37,432 nucleotides of DNA from the NCBI GenBank assembly GCA_902796335.1, contig CADBOI010000158.1:1-37432 (forward strand), given 5' to 3'. Made by a program: the position numbers and the translations under genes. Position 1 is the first letter of the stretch. Each line of letters opens with the position of its first letter. The stretch comes from an uncultured Spirochaetales bacterium. Lineage in GTDB: Bacteria > Spirochaetota > Spirochaetia > Sphaerochaetales > Sphaerochaetaceae. Below are positions 8,808 to 17,268 of the stretch, piece after piece. The notes under the pieces were generated by a model. It was not told where the DNA came from, ran no database searches, and saw only the letters and a list, made by a program, of their open reading frames with translations.

Positions 8808-9296
8808 TTATTTCACCCAGCGTCTGATGGCATCGTCGCAGGTGGCGACGTCCTGACCTTTTATCGCAATGCCTTGCTCAAGCTCTCCACCGTGGCGTTT
8901 TACAAGAGATTCAAGCTCCATGGCGGCCATGCCGAAAGCTCCTTCCTCGTTTGTGCAGAAAGGTCTGACTTTCTTGCCTGTGAAATCCAGGCTGTCGATG
9001 AAAGTGGCTATGACGCGCGGATAGCTTCTGTACCAGATCGGGAAACCGATGTAGATGGTGTCGTATGCATCAAGGGTCTGCAGATGACTGATGATCTCCG
9101 GTCTGAGGTTGCCGTCGATCTCGGCCTTGGCCCTTCTGCAGCACTCGTCATAATCGGAGGAGTATCTCTCCTTGGGTTCGATCCTCATGATGTCCGAACC
9201 GGTGATGGCTGCTATCTTCTCGGCAACGACCGTTGTGTTGCCCTTTTTTGCTGAATTCTGTTCCTCGTATGAAAAATATGCTACCAGGCTACCCAT
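8808..9296 (-). CDS. Flavodoxin-like protein
   Basis: The ATG at 9296 follows AGGAGGG; the track start at 9350 lacks an RBS. 162 aa: MGSLVAYFSY...TIYIGFPIWYRSYPRVIATFIDSLDFTGKKVRPFCTNE, a typical short flavodoxin-fold pattern. Confidence 0.8.
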   Translation of the reverse strand: MGSLVAYFSYEEQNSAKKGNTTVVAEKIAAITGSDIMRIEPKERYSSDYDECCRRAKAEIDGNLRPEIISHLQTLDAYDTIYIGFPIWYRSYPRVIATFIDSLDFTGKKVRPFCTNEEGAFGMAAMELESLVKRHGGELEQGIAIKGQDVATCDDAIRRWVK

Positions 9297-9433
9297 AATG
9301 CCCTCCTGTTTGTGTTCAACCATGATAACACAATAATGTTGCCCTGTCATTGCAACATTTTGGAGCCTGTAAGGATGTGGCTTGATGGAATCCTGATGAG
9401 TGAGTATTGTTTCTGGTTAACAGGTGGAGTCAG

Positions 9434-9979
9434 ATGAAATACAGCGAAAAGATTGTTCTGAAGGACGGACATGAGGCTCTGATAAGAAACGGAGAGGCTT
9501 CGGATGGAGAAGCTGTCTTCGAGGTTTTCAACCGTACACATGGGGAGACGGATTATCTTCTGTCCTATCCGGACGAGAACAGCTACGATGTCGAAGGCGA
9601 GGGCAGGTTCCTGCAGTCGATGACAGACAGTTCCGACGGTATCGAGCTTGTTGCTGTTGTGGACGGAAAGGTTGTGGGAACCGCAGGCATCGGGGCAGTG
9701 GGGAAGAAGTACAAGGTCAGGCACAGGGCCGAGTTCGGCATAGGGATACTGAAGGATTACTGGGGCCTTGGACTTGGAAAGGCCCTTGCCAAGGCATGCA
9801 TCACATGTGCAAAAGAAGCCGGATACGAACAGCTGGAGCTTAATGCCGTATCCGGCAACGAAAGGGCGATCTCTCTTTATGAAAGCCTTGGTTTTGAGGA
9901 GTTCGGACGCAATCCCAGAGGGTTCAGGTCGAGGATCAGCGGTTATCAGGAAGTTGTGTATATGCTTCTGAAACTATAG
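9434..9979 (+). CDS. GNAT family N-acetyltransferase
   Basis: The ATG at 9434 follows AGGTGGAG. 181 aa with the acetyl-CoA binding core ...VVGTAGI...FGIGILKDYWGLGLGKALAKACITCAKEAGYEQLELNAVSGNERAISLYESLGFEE. Confidence 0.85.
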   Translation: MKYSEKIVLKDGHEALIRNGEASDGEAVFEVFNRTHGETDYLLSYPDENSYDVEGEGRFLQSMTDSSDGIELVAVVDGKVVGTAGIGAVGKKYKVRHRAEFGIGILKDYWGLGLGKALAKACITCAKEAGYEQLELNAVSGNERAISLYESLGFEEFGRNPRGFRSRISGYQEVVYMLLKL

Positions 9980-12011
9980 GGTACAGATACGTTTTGATCG
10001 AAATGTTGTCGTATTCCATGTATTTGTTTCTACCGAATTTCTTTACATATGCGATTACATCGTACCAGTCCATCCAGTTTCCATTCTCAAACCGGATGAA
10101 GCTTTCTCCCGGATTGACTATGCCTTTTGAGTAAATTTTAGAGAACTCCCCTTCATCACCGTGCATTTCGTTGTAAAAGGATGCACCGTCCTCGGACATG
10201 TTTCCGTTGGTGACGAGCGAATACCTCGTGCCGTTTTTTGTCTGGACAGCCTCTTTTATTACAACCGATATGATGCTTCCTTCCTTTATGAAGGTCTTTT
10301 CCAGAGATATCCTGTGATAGCCTGCATACCTGAATGTCTCTGTGGTTGACATCAGCAATGTGCCCTGAGTAGGTTTTGAGGCATCTTCGTCAAGCAGATA
10401 TATGTCTACAGTTACTTCCGTATCCAGATTGCCGGTCATGACTGAAATGGAATGCAGGTTGCAGTCTTCATCCACATGGAATACGTTGGCAGCATAGACG
10501 GGGTCTTCAAACAATGTGGAACGGGATAACATCGATGGCAAACTGTCGTACAGCATAACAATCGAATAGTCGATTCCCGTGTAATCCATGACATAGTAGT
10601 CGAATGTGGCTATGTCGCACAGAGTTTTGTCATAGTAGGAAAGAAGGAAATAGCCGTCATTTCCCCAGTCTTCTGACCAGCTGTTCTTGACTATCCAGAC
10701 GCCGTCTGCGGGTGGACGTTTGTCTTCCGGCCAGTTTTCAGCAGAGAAAGTGTCATCCCAGCCCACTATGGTAGCCGCATGGTTTGGCATAGCATTATCG
10801 TAAGTGTACTGGGCGTAGATTATGGGATCCGTTCCTATGAACGTCAGATAAGGTTCCTTGCTGTTGAATTCGACGATTGCTTCATATGAATCTCCGAAAT
10901 TCGCTGCCATAAAAATGGTTACAAGTTGGTCATGGTCATATTTGGAGAAGTCATAAGTGTCCTCGGACATGTGGTTGAGAGCAAGTCTGTCTTTGACAAG
11001 ATCTATAATCTCTTCTGTAGTCAGATCGTCTGTGGCAATAAATCCACAGCGGACATCTATGTAGAATTTCAAGCGGTCTTCCGTAAGAGTCGGGTCGTCC
11101 ATAAGACTCTCTGTCATCTTTTTCTTGCGCTCTTCTTTTGAAAGCTCAGGCATGGACTGATCTCCACAGAAAGCCATTCCGACGGCACGTCCAGCCATAA
11201 GCTCGGCTTTGATGGCTTCTCTCGCACCTGGAAGGTAAATGACATCACCTTCAGGTGTAGCTCGTACAGGGGATGGCAGGATGTTGAGATCCCTGAGTTC
11301 AAAACTGAAAGAATAGCGCAAATCTTCCGGCAGACTCCAGTCTCCTGAATAATCTGTAGTTCCTTCGCTGTTGGTATACGGGGCATATTCTTCAAGGAGA
11401 ATTCCCACTCCGGATGCCAGACTGGCGCAGGACATAAGGTAGTTTCCACCTGTATTCAGACGATCTTCGAATCCTTTCACCAGATAAACACCTTCACCAG
11501 CCTGGGAATCGTCATTGGGGTAGGGGTACTCGCCCTCCGGATAAGCATCCAGGGTGGGCAGCGCAGTCATGGTGAACCAGGCCAGATGTTTTTCGGACAG
11601 GTCCATGTCACAGTTATATTTCTCTCTGTATGTTTCTGTTGTCATGCCCATGGAACTGAGGATGCTCGACTCACTTGCAGCTATGGCTCCGAAGGACCAG
11701 CAGGTTCCCCAGGGAGACTGGTCCTTGACGGAAGTAACCAGACCTTCGTTCCGGAGATCGAATTTTGAGGGGAACTCGCCTTCAACCGGAAGGGAGTCCA
11801 TATCGGTATAGAACCATTCATTTTCTCCAATAACGTCGAACAGCAGGTCTGTTGCCTGTGCCATATTGTTGGCGAGGTAGTCCATCTCATCCGATTTCTC
11901 CAGGGTCGATTTTCTTGCATTTGTCGCGCAGCCGGTGAGAACTGCGACAAGGAAAAGGGTGATTGTTAGTACATGGATTATTTTGATTTGTTTCATACAT
12001 ATATTTTTCAT
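9936..12011 (-). CDS. Lipoprotein papain-family (C1) cysteine peptidase with a large insertion and a C-terminal beta-rich domain
   Basis: Lipoprotein signal ...LFLVAVLTGC. The catalytic motifs are present: Q-x5-C in VKDQSPWGTCWSFGA, His in NHAATIVGWDD, and Asn/Trp in WIVKNSWSEDWGNDGYF. The start is ambiguous: TTG 12032, ATG 12011 or ATG 11996. The 3' end overlaps the convergent GNAT gene by 44 nt. Confidence 0.85.
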   Translation of the reverse strand: MKNICMKQIKIIHVLTITLFLVAVLTGCATNARKSTLEKSDEMDYLANNMAQATDLLFDVIGENEWFYTDMDSLPVEGEFPSKFDLRNEGLVTSVKDQSPWGTCWSFGAIAASESSILSSMGMTTETYREKYNCDMDLSEKHLAWFTMTALPTLDAYPEGEYPYPNDDSQAGEGVYLVKGFEDRLNTGGNYLMSCASLASGVGILLEEYAPYTNSEGTTDYSGDWSLPEDLRYSFSFELRDLNILPSPVRATPEGDVIYLPGAREAIKAELMAGRAVGMAFCGDQSMPELSKEERKKKMTESLMDDPTLTEDRLKFYIDVRCGFIATDDLTTEEIIDLVKDRLALNHMSEDTYDFSKYDHDQLVTIFMAANFGDSYEAIVEFNSKEPYLTFIGTDPIIYAQYTYDNAMPNHAATIVGWDDTFSAENWPEDKRPPADGVWIVKNSWSEDWGNDGYFLLSYYDKTLCDIATFDYYVMDYTGIDYSIVMLYDSLPSMLSRSTLFEDPVYAANVFHVDEDCNLHSISVMTGNLDTEVTVDIYLLDEDASKPTQGTLLMSTTETFRYAGYHRISLEKTFIKEGSIISVVIKEAVQTKNGTRYSLVTNGNMSEDGASFYNEMHGDEGEFSKIYSKGIVNPGESFIRFENGNWMDWYDVIAYVKKFGRNKYMEYDNISIKTYLYPIVSEAYTQLPDNR

Positions 12012-12115
12012 CCAATCAACGCTGGTAATCAACAGGAATCAATAAGAATCCGAAAGGCTTCAATGATTTGCCTTTTTATGCTAAACATATGGTGAAATTT
12101 TTAGGTGGTGTTGCG

Positions 12116-12877
12116 ATGGCCAGACGTTTTTCCTATTGGGTATTCCGGGCTACGAGGGCTTTGGTGAAGTTCTTCTATCCTGTTCCTACGCTTGTAGGGG
12201 AGAGCAACATACCTGAAGGGGCCTGTGTGATCGTAGGCAACCATGCGCAGATGAACGGACCAATCGTGGCCGAGCTCTATGTTCCCGGTGACAGATTCAT
12301 ATGGTGCAACGCAGAGATGATGCATCTGAAGGAGGTTCCGGCCTATTCCTACAAGGATTTCTGGTCGGAGAAACCCAAGTCGGTACGCTGGTTCTACAAA
12401 ATACTCTCATACATGATTGCACCACTTTCCGTATGCATCTTCAACAATGCCCACTGCATTGGCGTCTACAGGGACCTGAGGATCAGAAAGACCTTCAGCC
12501 AGACCATCTCGAGGCTCAAGGAAGATGCGAGGATAGTGATCTTCCCTGAGATAGACCCTCCGGTGAACAACATCCTGTATTCGTTCCAGGAGAGGTTCAT
12601 AGACCTGGGGAAGATGTATGGAAGGCAGACGGGTAAGAACCTTTCCTTCGTCCCCATGTATGTGGCGTCTGATCTCAAGATGCTGGTGTTCGGAAAGCCA
12701 ATAGTCTACGATACTGCGGCTGATCCCAAGGAGGAGAGGGAACGCATCTGCAAGGAACTGATTGATTCCATTTCCGAACTTGCATATGACCTTCCGCCGC
12801 ACCGTGTTGTGCCTTACCGCAACATGTCCAAGCGCCTTTACCCCACCAACGAAAGACCGAATCAGATCCACAAGTGA
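12116..12877 (+). CDS. PlsC/LPLAT-superfamily acyltransferase (non-canonical HX4D motif)
   Basis: The ATG at 12116 follows AGGTGGTG; the track start at 12068 lacks an RBS. 253 aa with N-terminal hydrophobic segment, VGNHAQMNGP (His block) and VIFPE (block III). Confidence 0.7.
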   Translation: MARRFSYWVFRATRALVKFFYPVPTLVGESNIPEGACVIVGNHAQMNGPIVAELYVPGDRFIWCNAEMMHLKEVPAYSYKDFWSEKPKSVRWFYKILSYMIAPLSVCIFNNAHCIGVYRDLRIRKTFSQTISRLKEDARIVIFPEIDPPVNNILYSFQERFIDLGKMYGRQTGKNLSFVPMYVASDLKMLVFGKPIVYDTAADPKEERERICKELIDSISELAYDLPPHRVVPYRNMSKRLYPTNERPNQIHK

Positions 12878-12885
12878 GACCGACA

Positions 12886-13572
12886 ATGAGAAAACCCGTT
12901 GTAGATTATAGAGAGTTCCGTCTGTCACGGCTCAACGAGCCGCGCTTTTCACACCTGAAGCTGCTCGGAGGCTGGATCGTCTACTTCCTGATGTACTTCC
13001 TCACAGAGCATTTCATCCCGGTGGAGCGCTGCCATGTGGTTCACTGCGCCCTGGACGACATCATCCCGTTCAACGAGTACTTCCTGATCATATACTGCTA
13101 CTGGTATGCTCTGATTGTGCTGTCCCTTCTGTATTTCCTTCTCTACGACATCCAGTCTTTCAGGAACCTGCAGATCTACATCATGATTGTCCAGGCTGTG
13201 GCGGTGATAATCTATATTGTGTGGCCCAGCATCCAGCTTCTCAGGCCCACGTCGTTCGAAAGAGACAACTTCCTGACACGTATGATGGCTTTTGTATACG
13301 CTTTCGACACTCCTACAGGGGTGTGTCCGTCGCTTCATGTTGCATATTCTCTGGGAATCGCATCCTCATGGTGCCACAGGAAGGAAAGCCCGTGGCATCT
13401 GAAGGCGTTCATGATTCTGTCGGCTGTGATGATCTCCCTGTCCACGGCATTCGTGAAGCAGCACTCGGTTGTAGACATATTAGCCGCACTTCCGCTTGGA
13501 ATCCTTGCCGAGTATCTTGTGTTCTGGAAAAAGATAGGTTATCCGAAGACCAGGTCTAGTCAGTGTCCTTGA
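12886..13572 (+). CDS. PAP2-superfamily membrane phosphatase/phosphotransferase (PAP2_3 / Aur1-like pattern)
   Basis: Polytopic protein. PSLHVAYS and KQHSVVDILAA match PAP2 motifs C2/C3 (S-x-H ... H-x3-D). Start is either ATG 12886 or GTG 12874; the GTG overlaps the upstream stop as GTGA. Either start indicates tight coupling to the acyltransferase gene. Confidence 0.7.
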   Translation: MRKPVVDYREFRLSRLNEPRFSHLKLLGGWIVYFLMYFLTEHFIPVERCHVVHCALDDIIPFNEYFLIIYCYWYALIVLSLLYFLLYDIQSFRNLQIYIMIVQAVAVIIYIVWPSIQLLRPTSFERDNFLTRMMAFVYAFDTPTGVCPSLHVAYSLGIASSWCHRKESPWHLKAFMILSAVMISLSTAFVKQHSVVDILAALPLGILAEYLVFWKKIGYPKTRSSQCP

Positions 13573-14407
13573 ACTCGCCATAGAACGTGACGATGATGGA
13601 TGTTATCAACGCCACGCAGATTATTCCGTACAGTCCCAATATCACCGAAAGGACCCGTCCGATGAATGTGACGGCGGTGAAGTCTCCGAATCCGATTGTG
13701 GTGATCAGCGTGAAGCAGTACCACAACGCATCCTGGTATGTGGGGATTCCTTCCTCGACATCCTTGAGAACGAACGAGAAGGCCAGAATCAGCAACAGCA
13801 GCCAGAACAGAATCTCCGTGGCATAGGTTTTCCTGATAATCTTCCTAATCACGTCCAGCTTCAGACGGGAGAGGAAGATTATGATGATGTGGATGATGGC
13901 CCAGATGGAGAAAACCAGACCCATGACCATGTTGTGTGTGACATTGTTCTCCTCAAACGGTGCGAAGATCACCATGAGGCTTATAGGCAGTATGACCAAG
14001 ATTTCGGCCGCACACATCAGAATGTTCCTGATTGAATGCTTACGCACAATCGAGTGGATCCGTCCGGCGATGAGGGCAAACGCAATGGACACGGTAGTGG
14101 TTGAAATACGGACCATGCCGGAACTGACGATCGAAATCGTGGCCGCACTGGCCAGATAAAGGAAGACAACGAAGTAGTTGACTCTTGCCCATACCTTCTC
14201 CTCTTTGTTTTCGGGTTTGTGCTCAAGGGTTCTGAAGAGCCTTGAGAGGGCGAGAAGCACCATCAATACAGTTTCGATGGTCAGGGCCTTACGGTCATAT
14301 TTCATCGTCTGGAGCTGGATGGATATGAACAGGATCAGGAACGACACTATGCTGTCGGGAATCTTCATGCTGAAGTTCTTGATATCTTTGATCTTTTTTC
14401 TAGGCAT
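13556..14407 (-). CDS. Potassium channel family protein (pore domain with TIGFGD filter, no cytoplasmic gating domain)
   Basis: 283 aa with about 6 TM helices. The selectivity filter TTIGFGDFT lies near the C-terminus. Only one further helix and about 10 residues follow it. The 3' end overlaps the convergent PAP2 gene by 17 nt. Confidence 0.8.
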   Translation of the reverse strand: MPRKKIKDIKNFSMKIPDSIVSFLILFISIQLQTMKYDRKALTIETVLMVLLALSRLFRTLEHKPENKEEKVWARVNYFVVFLYLASAATISIVSSGMVRISTTTVSIAFALIAGRIHSIVRKHSIRNILMCAAEILVILPISLMVIFAPFEENNVTHNMVMGLVFSIWAIIHIIIIFLSRLKLDVIRKIIRKTYATEILFWLLLLILAFSFVLKDVEEGIPTYQDALWYCFTLITTIGFGDFTAVTFIGRVLSVILGLYGIICVALITSIIVTFYGEFKDTD

Positions 14408-14417
14408 ATTACTATCC

Positions 14418-15581
14418 TCAACTCATTGTCTGCATCATTGTTTCCAACACGCTCATATAATTGATGAGCACCGAATGATACATGATGACTATTCTGTAGA
14501 TTCCCTCGATATATACCACAATGCACAGAATCACGCCGATAAGGGGGATTGCATTGTCGAACATGGTTGTCTTCTCCTGGTCCCTGTTGTACGAGTAGAG
14601 CAACGACAGGGGAGAGAGGATCATCAGGACTATGGATTTTCCGAAGCCGCAGTCGGTTACAATCTTCAGGGCGGCTTCCACAGCTCCCTCCGCCTCGATG
14701 GCAATGATTCCGCCTCCGATGACAACAACCATGATCACGGCGATGATCAGGTCAAGAATGGAGATGACGAAGAACACGATTGCCATTCTGATGGAGAAGC
14801 TGAGTGAGTTGGAGTTCGTCTTGAGGAACTCATGGTACTGGTCAAGCGTGTTGCCGTGTTTCATGTACTTGCGCTTGCGGATCATCATGATCAGTCCCAG
14901 CAGTATGAGTGCCAGAAAGCTCATCGGCGGCTTTGTAGTGAGGAACGGGAAGAAGTAGGGTGAAAGGACTATCTTCCTTGTGGATGCCTGGATTTTCAGA
15001 AGGATGGATACAACTTCGTAGACCACAGGCAGCAGGGCCATGAGTCGGAAGATGATGATCTTCTTTCCCGTGAAGATCCGGCTGGGTGTGTAGTCAAGGA
15101 AAAACATGAATGCGGAGCAAAGGAACAAGTCGAGGAACATGTTGAAGGCAATATAACCGCTGGGAAGCATAAGCGAGCTGTATTCCTCGAAAACCATTTC
15201 CTCCGATCCGAGGTAAGTGCGGCACAGTCCTCCGATGATGTGCTCGTATAAGTAGAAGAACAGGACTGTTGCACCGATCATGAACGCAGCGTACTTGATC
15301 AGGAGGGCCTTGTACTTCTTCTGCGAATTCAGGATCAAGGAGAAGTTCGCAATCAGAAAGAGAGGAACTGTAAGACCGGAAAGGCTGCTTATGATATCCG
15401 TATACAGTCCGTAGTCCAGCTCGGGATTGAGCTTGGAAGCCAGTTTCAGAATGACGGCAAGCTGGGCCAGCACGAGGAACAGCCATCCGAAAATCTTCAG
15501 ATGTCTGTGAGAAAGGGGTCCTTTGTACCTGATGTCGTTGCTGAAGTTCCTTTCGTGAAGTCTAAGTCTTTTTGTCTTCAT
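14418..15581 (-). CDS. Polytopic membrane protein of unknown function
   Basis: 387 aa with roughly 10 hydrophobic helices and a basic N-terminus (MKTKRLRLHERNFSNDIRYKGPLSHRHLK). I recognise no motif. It sits 7 nt downstream of the AI-2E gene and 10 nt upstream of the K+ channel gene. Confidence 0.65.
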   Translation of the reverse strand: MKTKRLRLHERNFSNDIRYKGPLSHRHLKIFGWLFLVLAQLAVILKLASKLNPELDYGLYTDIISSLSGLTVPLFLIANFSLILNSQKKYKALLIKYAAFMIGATVLFFYLYEHIIGGLCRTYLGSEEMVFEEYSSLMLPSGYIAFNMFLDLFLCSAFMFFLDYTPSRIFTGKKIIIFRLMALLPVVYEVVSILLKIQASTRKIVLSPYFFPFLTTKPPMSFLALILLGLIMMIRKRKYMKHGNTLDQYHEFLKTNSNSLSFSIRMAIVFFVISILDLIIAVIMVVVIGGGIIAIEAEGAVEAALKIVTDCGFGKSIVLMILSPLSLLYSYNRDQEKTTMFDNAIPLIGVILCIVVYIEGIYRIVIMYHSVLINYMSVLETMMQTMS

Positions 15582-15588
15582 ATCAGTC

Positions 15589-16725
15589 TCACTTTACATC
15601 GTTGTCGGTCTGTGTTATGCCGTGTCTTTTCTCAAGCCACGGAAGAAGGTATCTGCTGTAGAGGAAGCTCAGGATTGCAACCATCGGGATTGAAAGGAGG
15701 ATTCCGACGATTCCGAACATGTTGCCGCCGACAATCACACCGATGAGGATCCACAGGCCGGACACTCCCAGTGAGTCGCCGAAGAGCTTGGGTTTGATGA
15801 AGTAGGCGTCCAGAAACTGCAGAAGCAGTGTGAAGCCCAGGAAGAACAGGACATGTATGGGTTTGACCAGAAGCAGGATGAATGCTCCGAATGCTCCTCC
15901 GATAAGCGGGCCGAATGTGGGAATCAGGTTTGTCAGGGCCACGACGAAGGTGATAAGCCCTGCGTACTCCATTCCCATGATCATCATGAAGATGAAGTTC
16001 AGAGCTCCGATTATGGCACTGTCGATCAGGTTGAAGACGATGTAGCGCTTGAAGACATCGTTGCTCTTTGTAAGGAAGATTGTGATCTCGGCATACTTTT
16101 CCTCGCCGAAGATGGCCTTGATGAGCCTTCCGGCTCCTTTTGTCAGGGAACCCTTTGCCAGAAGGAGGTAGATCGCGAGCATGAAGGCGATCAGCCAGCG
16201 TGCGATGCCTCTTCCTGCGCTCATTGATTTGGAGAGGACTGTGGAGGCACTCTCCATGATGGTCTTTGTGGTGTCCTCGACCTCGGAGTTGCCGATAAGG
16301 TAATCGAGGTCCAGAAGGTCCTTGGAGAGGCCGATCTTCTCAAGCCAGGTTCCGAGGGATTCGACGTAGGAATCAAGGTTGCCAATGAAGGTCCCAATGC
16401 TAGAGATGAGCTGCGGAATCAGGATCATCAGGGAGAAGACAAGTAAGGCGGCCACAAGAATGAATGCCACAATGCAGGAGATTGTGAAGCGATTCTTCTC
16501 TTTTCTGATGAAACGGAACATCGTTTCGGAAAGGAGGGTAGCCAGCGGATTTACAATGTAGGCTATGACACAGCCCAGGATGACGGGTCTGAAATAGCCG
16601 ATGAACTTTCCGATTCCCCTGCGTACATCAGGGAGTCTGATGAGCAGTACGTAAAGAAGAACGGCGATGCATGCCGCCACGGCGTAGGGATACCACTTCC
16701 TGTCCCTCAATTTCGGTTTATCCAT
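15589..16725 (-). CDS. AI-2E family transporter (PerM/YhhT/TqsA-like, UPF0118)
   Basis: 378 aa with 8 or more TM helices. The C-terminal conserved pattern is characteristic of this family: NLIPTFGPLIGGAFGAFILLLVKP...LLQFLDAYFIKPKLFGDSLGVSGLWILIGVIVGGNMFGIVGILLSIP. Confidence 0.85.
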   Translation of the reverse strand: MDKPKLRDRKWYPYAVAACIAVLLYVLLIRLPDVRRGIGKFIGYFRPVILGCVIAYIVNPLATLLSETMFRFIRKEKNRFTISCIVAFILVAALLVFSLMILIPQLISSIGTFIGNLDSYVESLGTWLEKIGLSKDLLDLDYLIGNSEVEDTTKTIMESASTVLSKSMSAGRGIARWLIAFMLAIYLLLAKGSLTKGAGRLIKAIFGEEKYAEITIFLTKSNDVFKRYIVFNLIDSAIIGALNFIFMMIMGMEYAGLITFVVALTNLIPTFGPLIGGAFGAFILLLVKPIHVLFFLGFTLLLQFLDAYFIKPKLFGDSLGVSGLWILIGVIVGGNMFGIVGILLSIPMVAILSFLYSRYLLPWLEKRHGITQTDNDVK

Positions 16726-16875
16726 TCAAACCTTCCTCCGTAGTGTGTCGGATACAATATTTTATTTAATTAATTTGGGACTTGCAACCTCACATTGCAT
16801 CTGCAGCTTTCTTTTTGTTTCCCCTTTTTTTGTTTGGGCGTATAATGGCTATTGTAAACGATTTGTGAGGACAAT

Positions 16876-17268
16876 ATGAATGAAGTTTATGATTTTCTGA
16901 AGAAGGCCGGAACATATTATCTGGCAACTGTCGATGGCGACCAGCCCAGGGTCAGGCCGTTCGGTACCGTTGATCTTTTCGAGGACAGACTCTACATCCA
17001 GACGGGAAAGAAGAAAGAGGTTTCTATCCAGCTGAAAGCCAATCCCAAGGCAGAGCTGTGCGCGTTCATGGACGGGCAGTGGCTCAGAGTCAGCGGAACC
17101 CTTGTTGAGGATGACAGACGCGAGGCCAAGAAACACATGCTCGACAGCTATCCTCAGCTCAGGGCCATGTACAACGAGGATGACGGAAACACGCAGGTTC
17201 TGTATTTCAAGGATGCCACCGCGGCATTCTTCTCGTTTACTGCACCTCCGAGAATCATCAGGTTCTGA
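16876..17268 (+). CDS. Pyridoxamine 5'-phosphate oxidase-family FMN-binding split-barrel protein
   Basis: 130 aa. RBS GAGGA precedes the ATG. The sequence MNEVYDFLKKAGTYYLATVDGDQPRVRPFGTV...LYIQTGKKKEVSIQLKANPKAELCAF is a typical PNPOx-like small-protein pattern. Confidence 0.75.
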   Translation: MNEVYDFLKKAGTYYLATVDGDQPRVRPFGTVDLFEDRLYIQTGKKKEVSIQLKANPKAELCAFMDGQWLRVSGTLVEDDRREAKKHMLDSYPQLRAMYNEDDGNTQVLYFKDATAAFFSFTAPPRIIRF

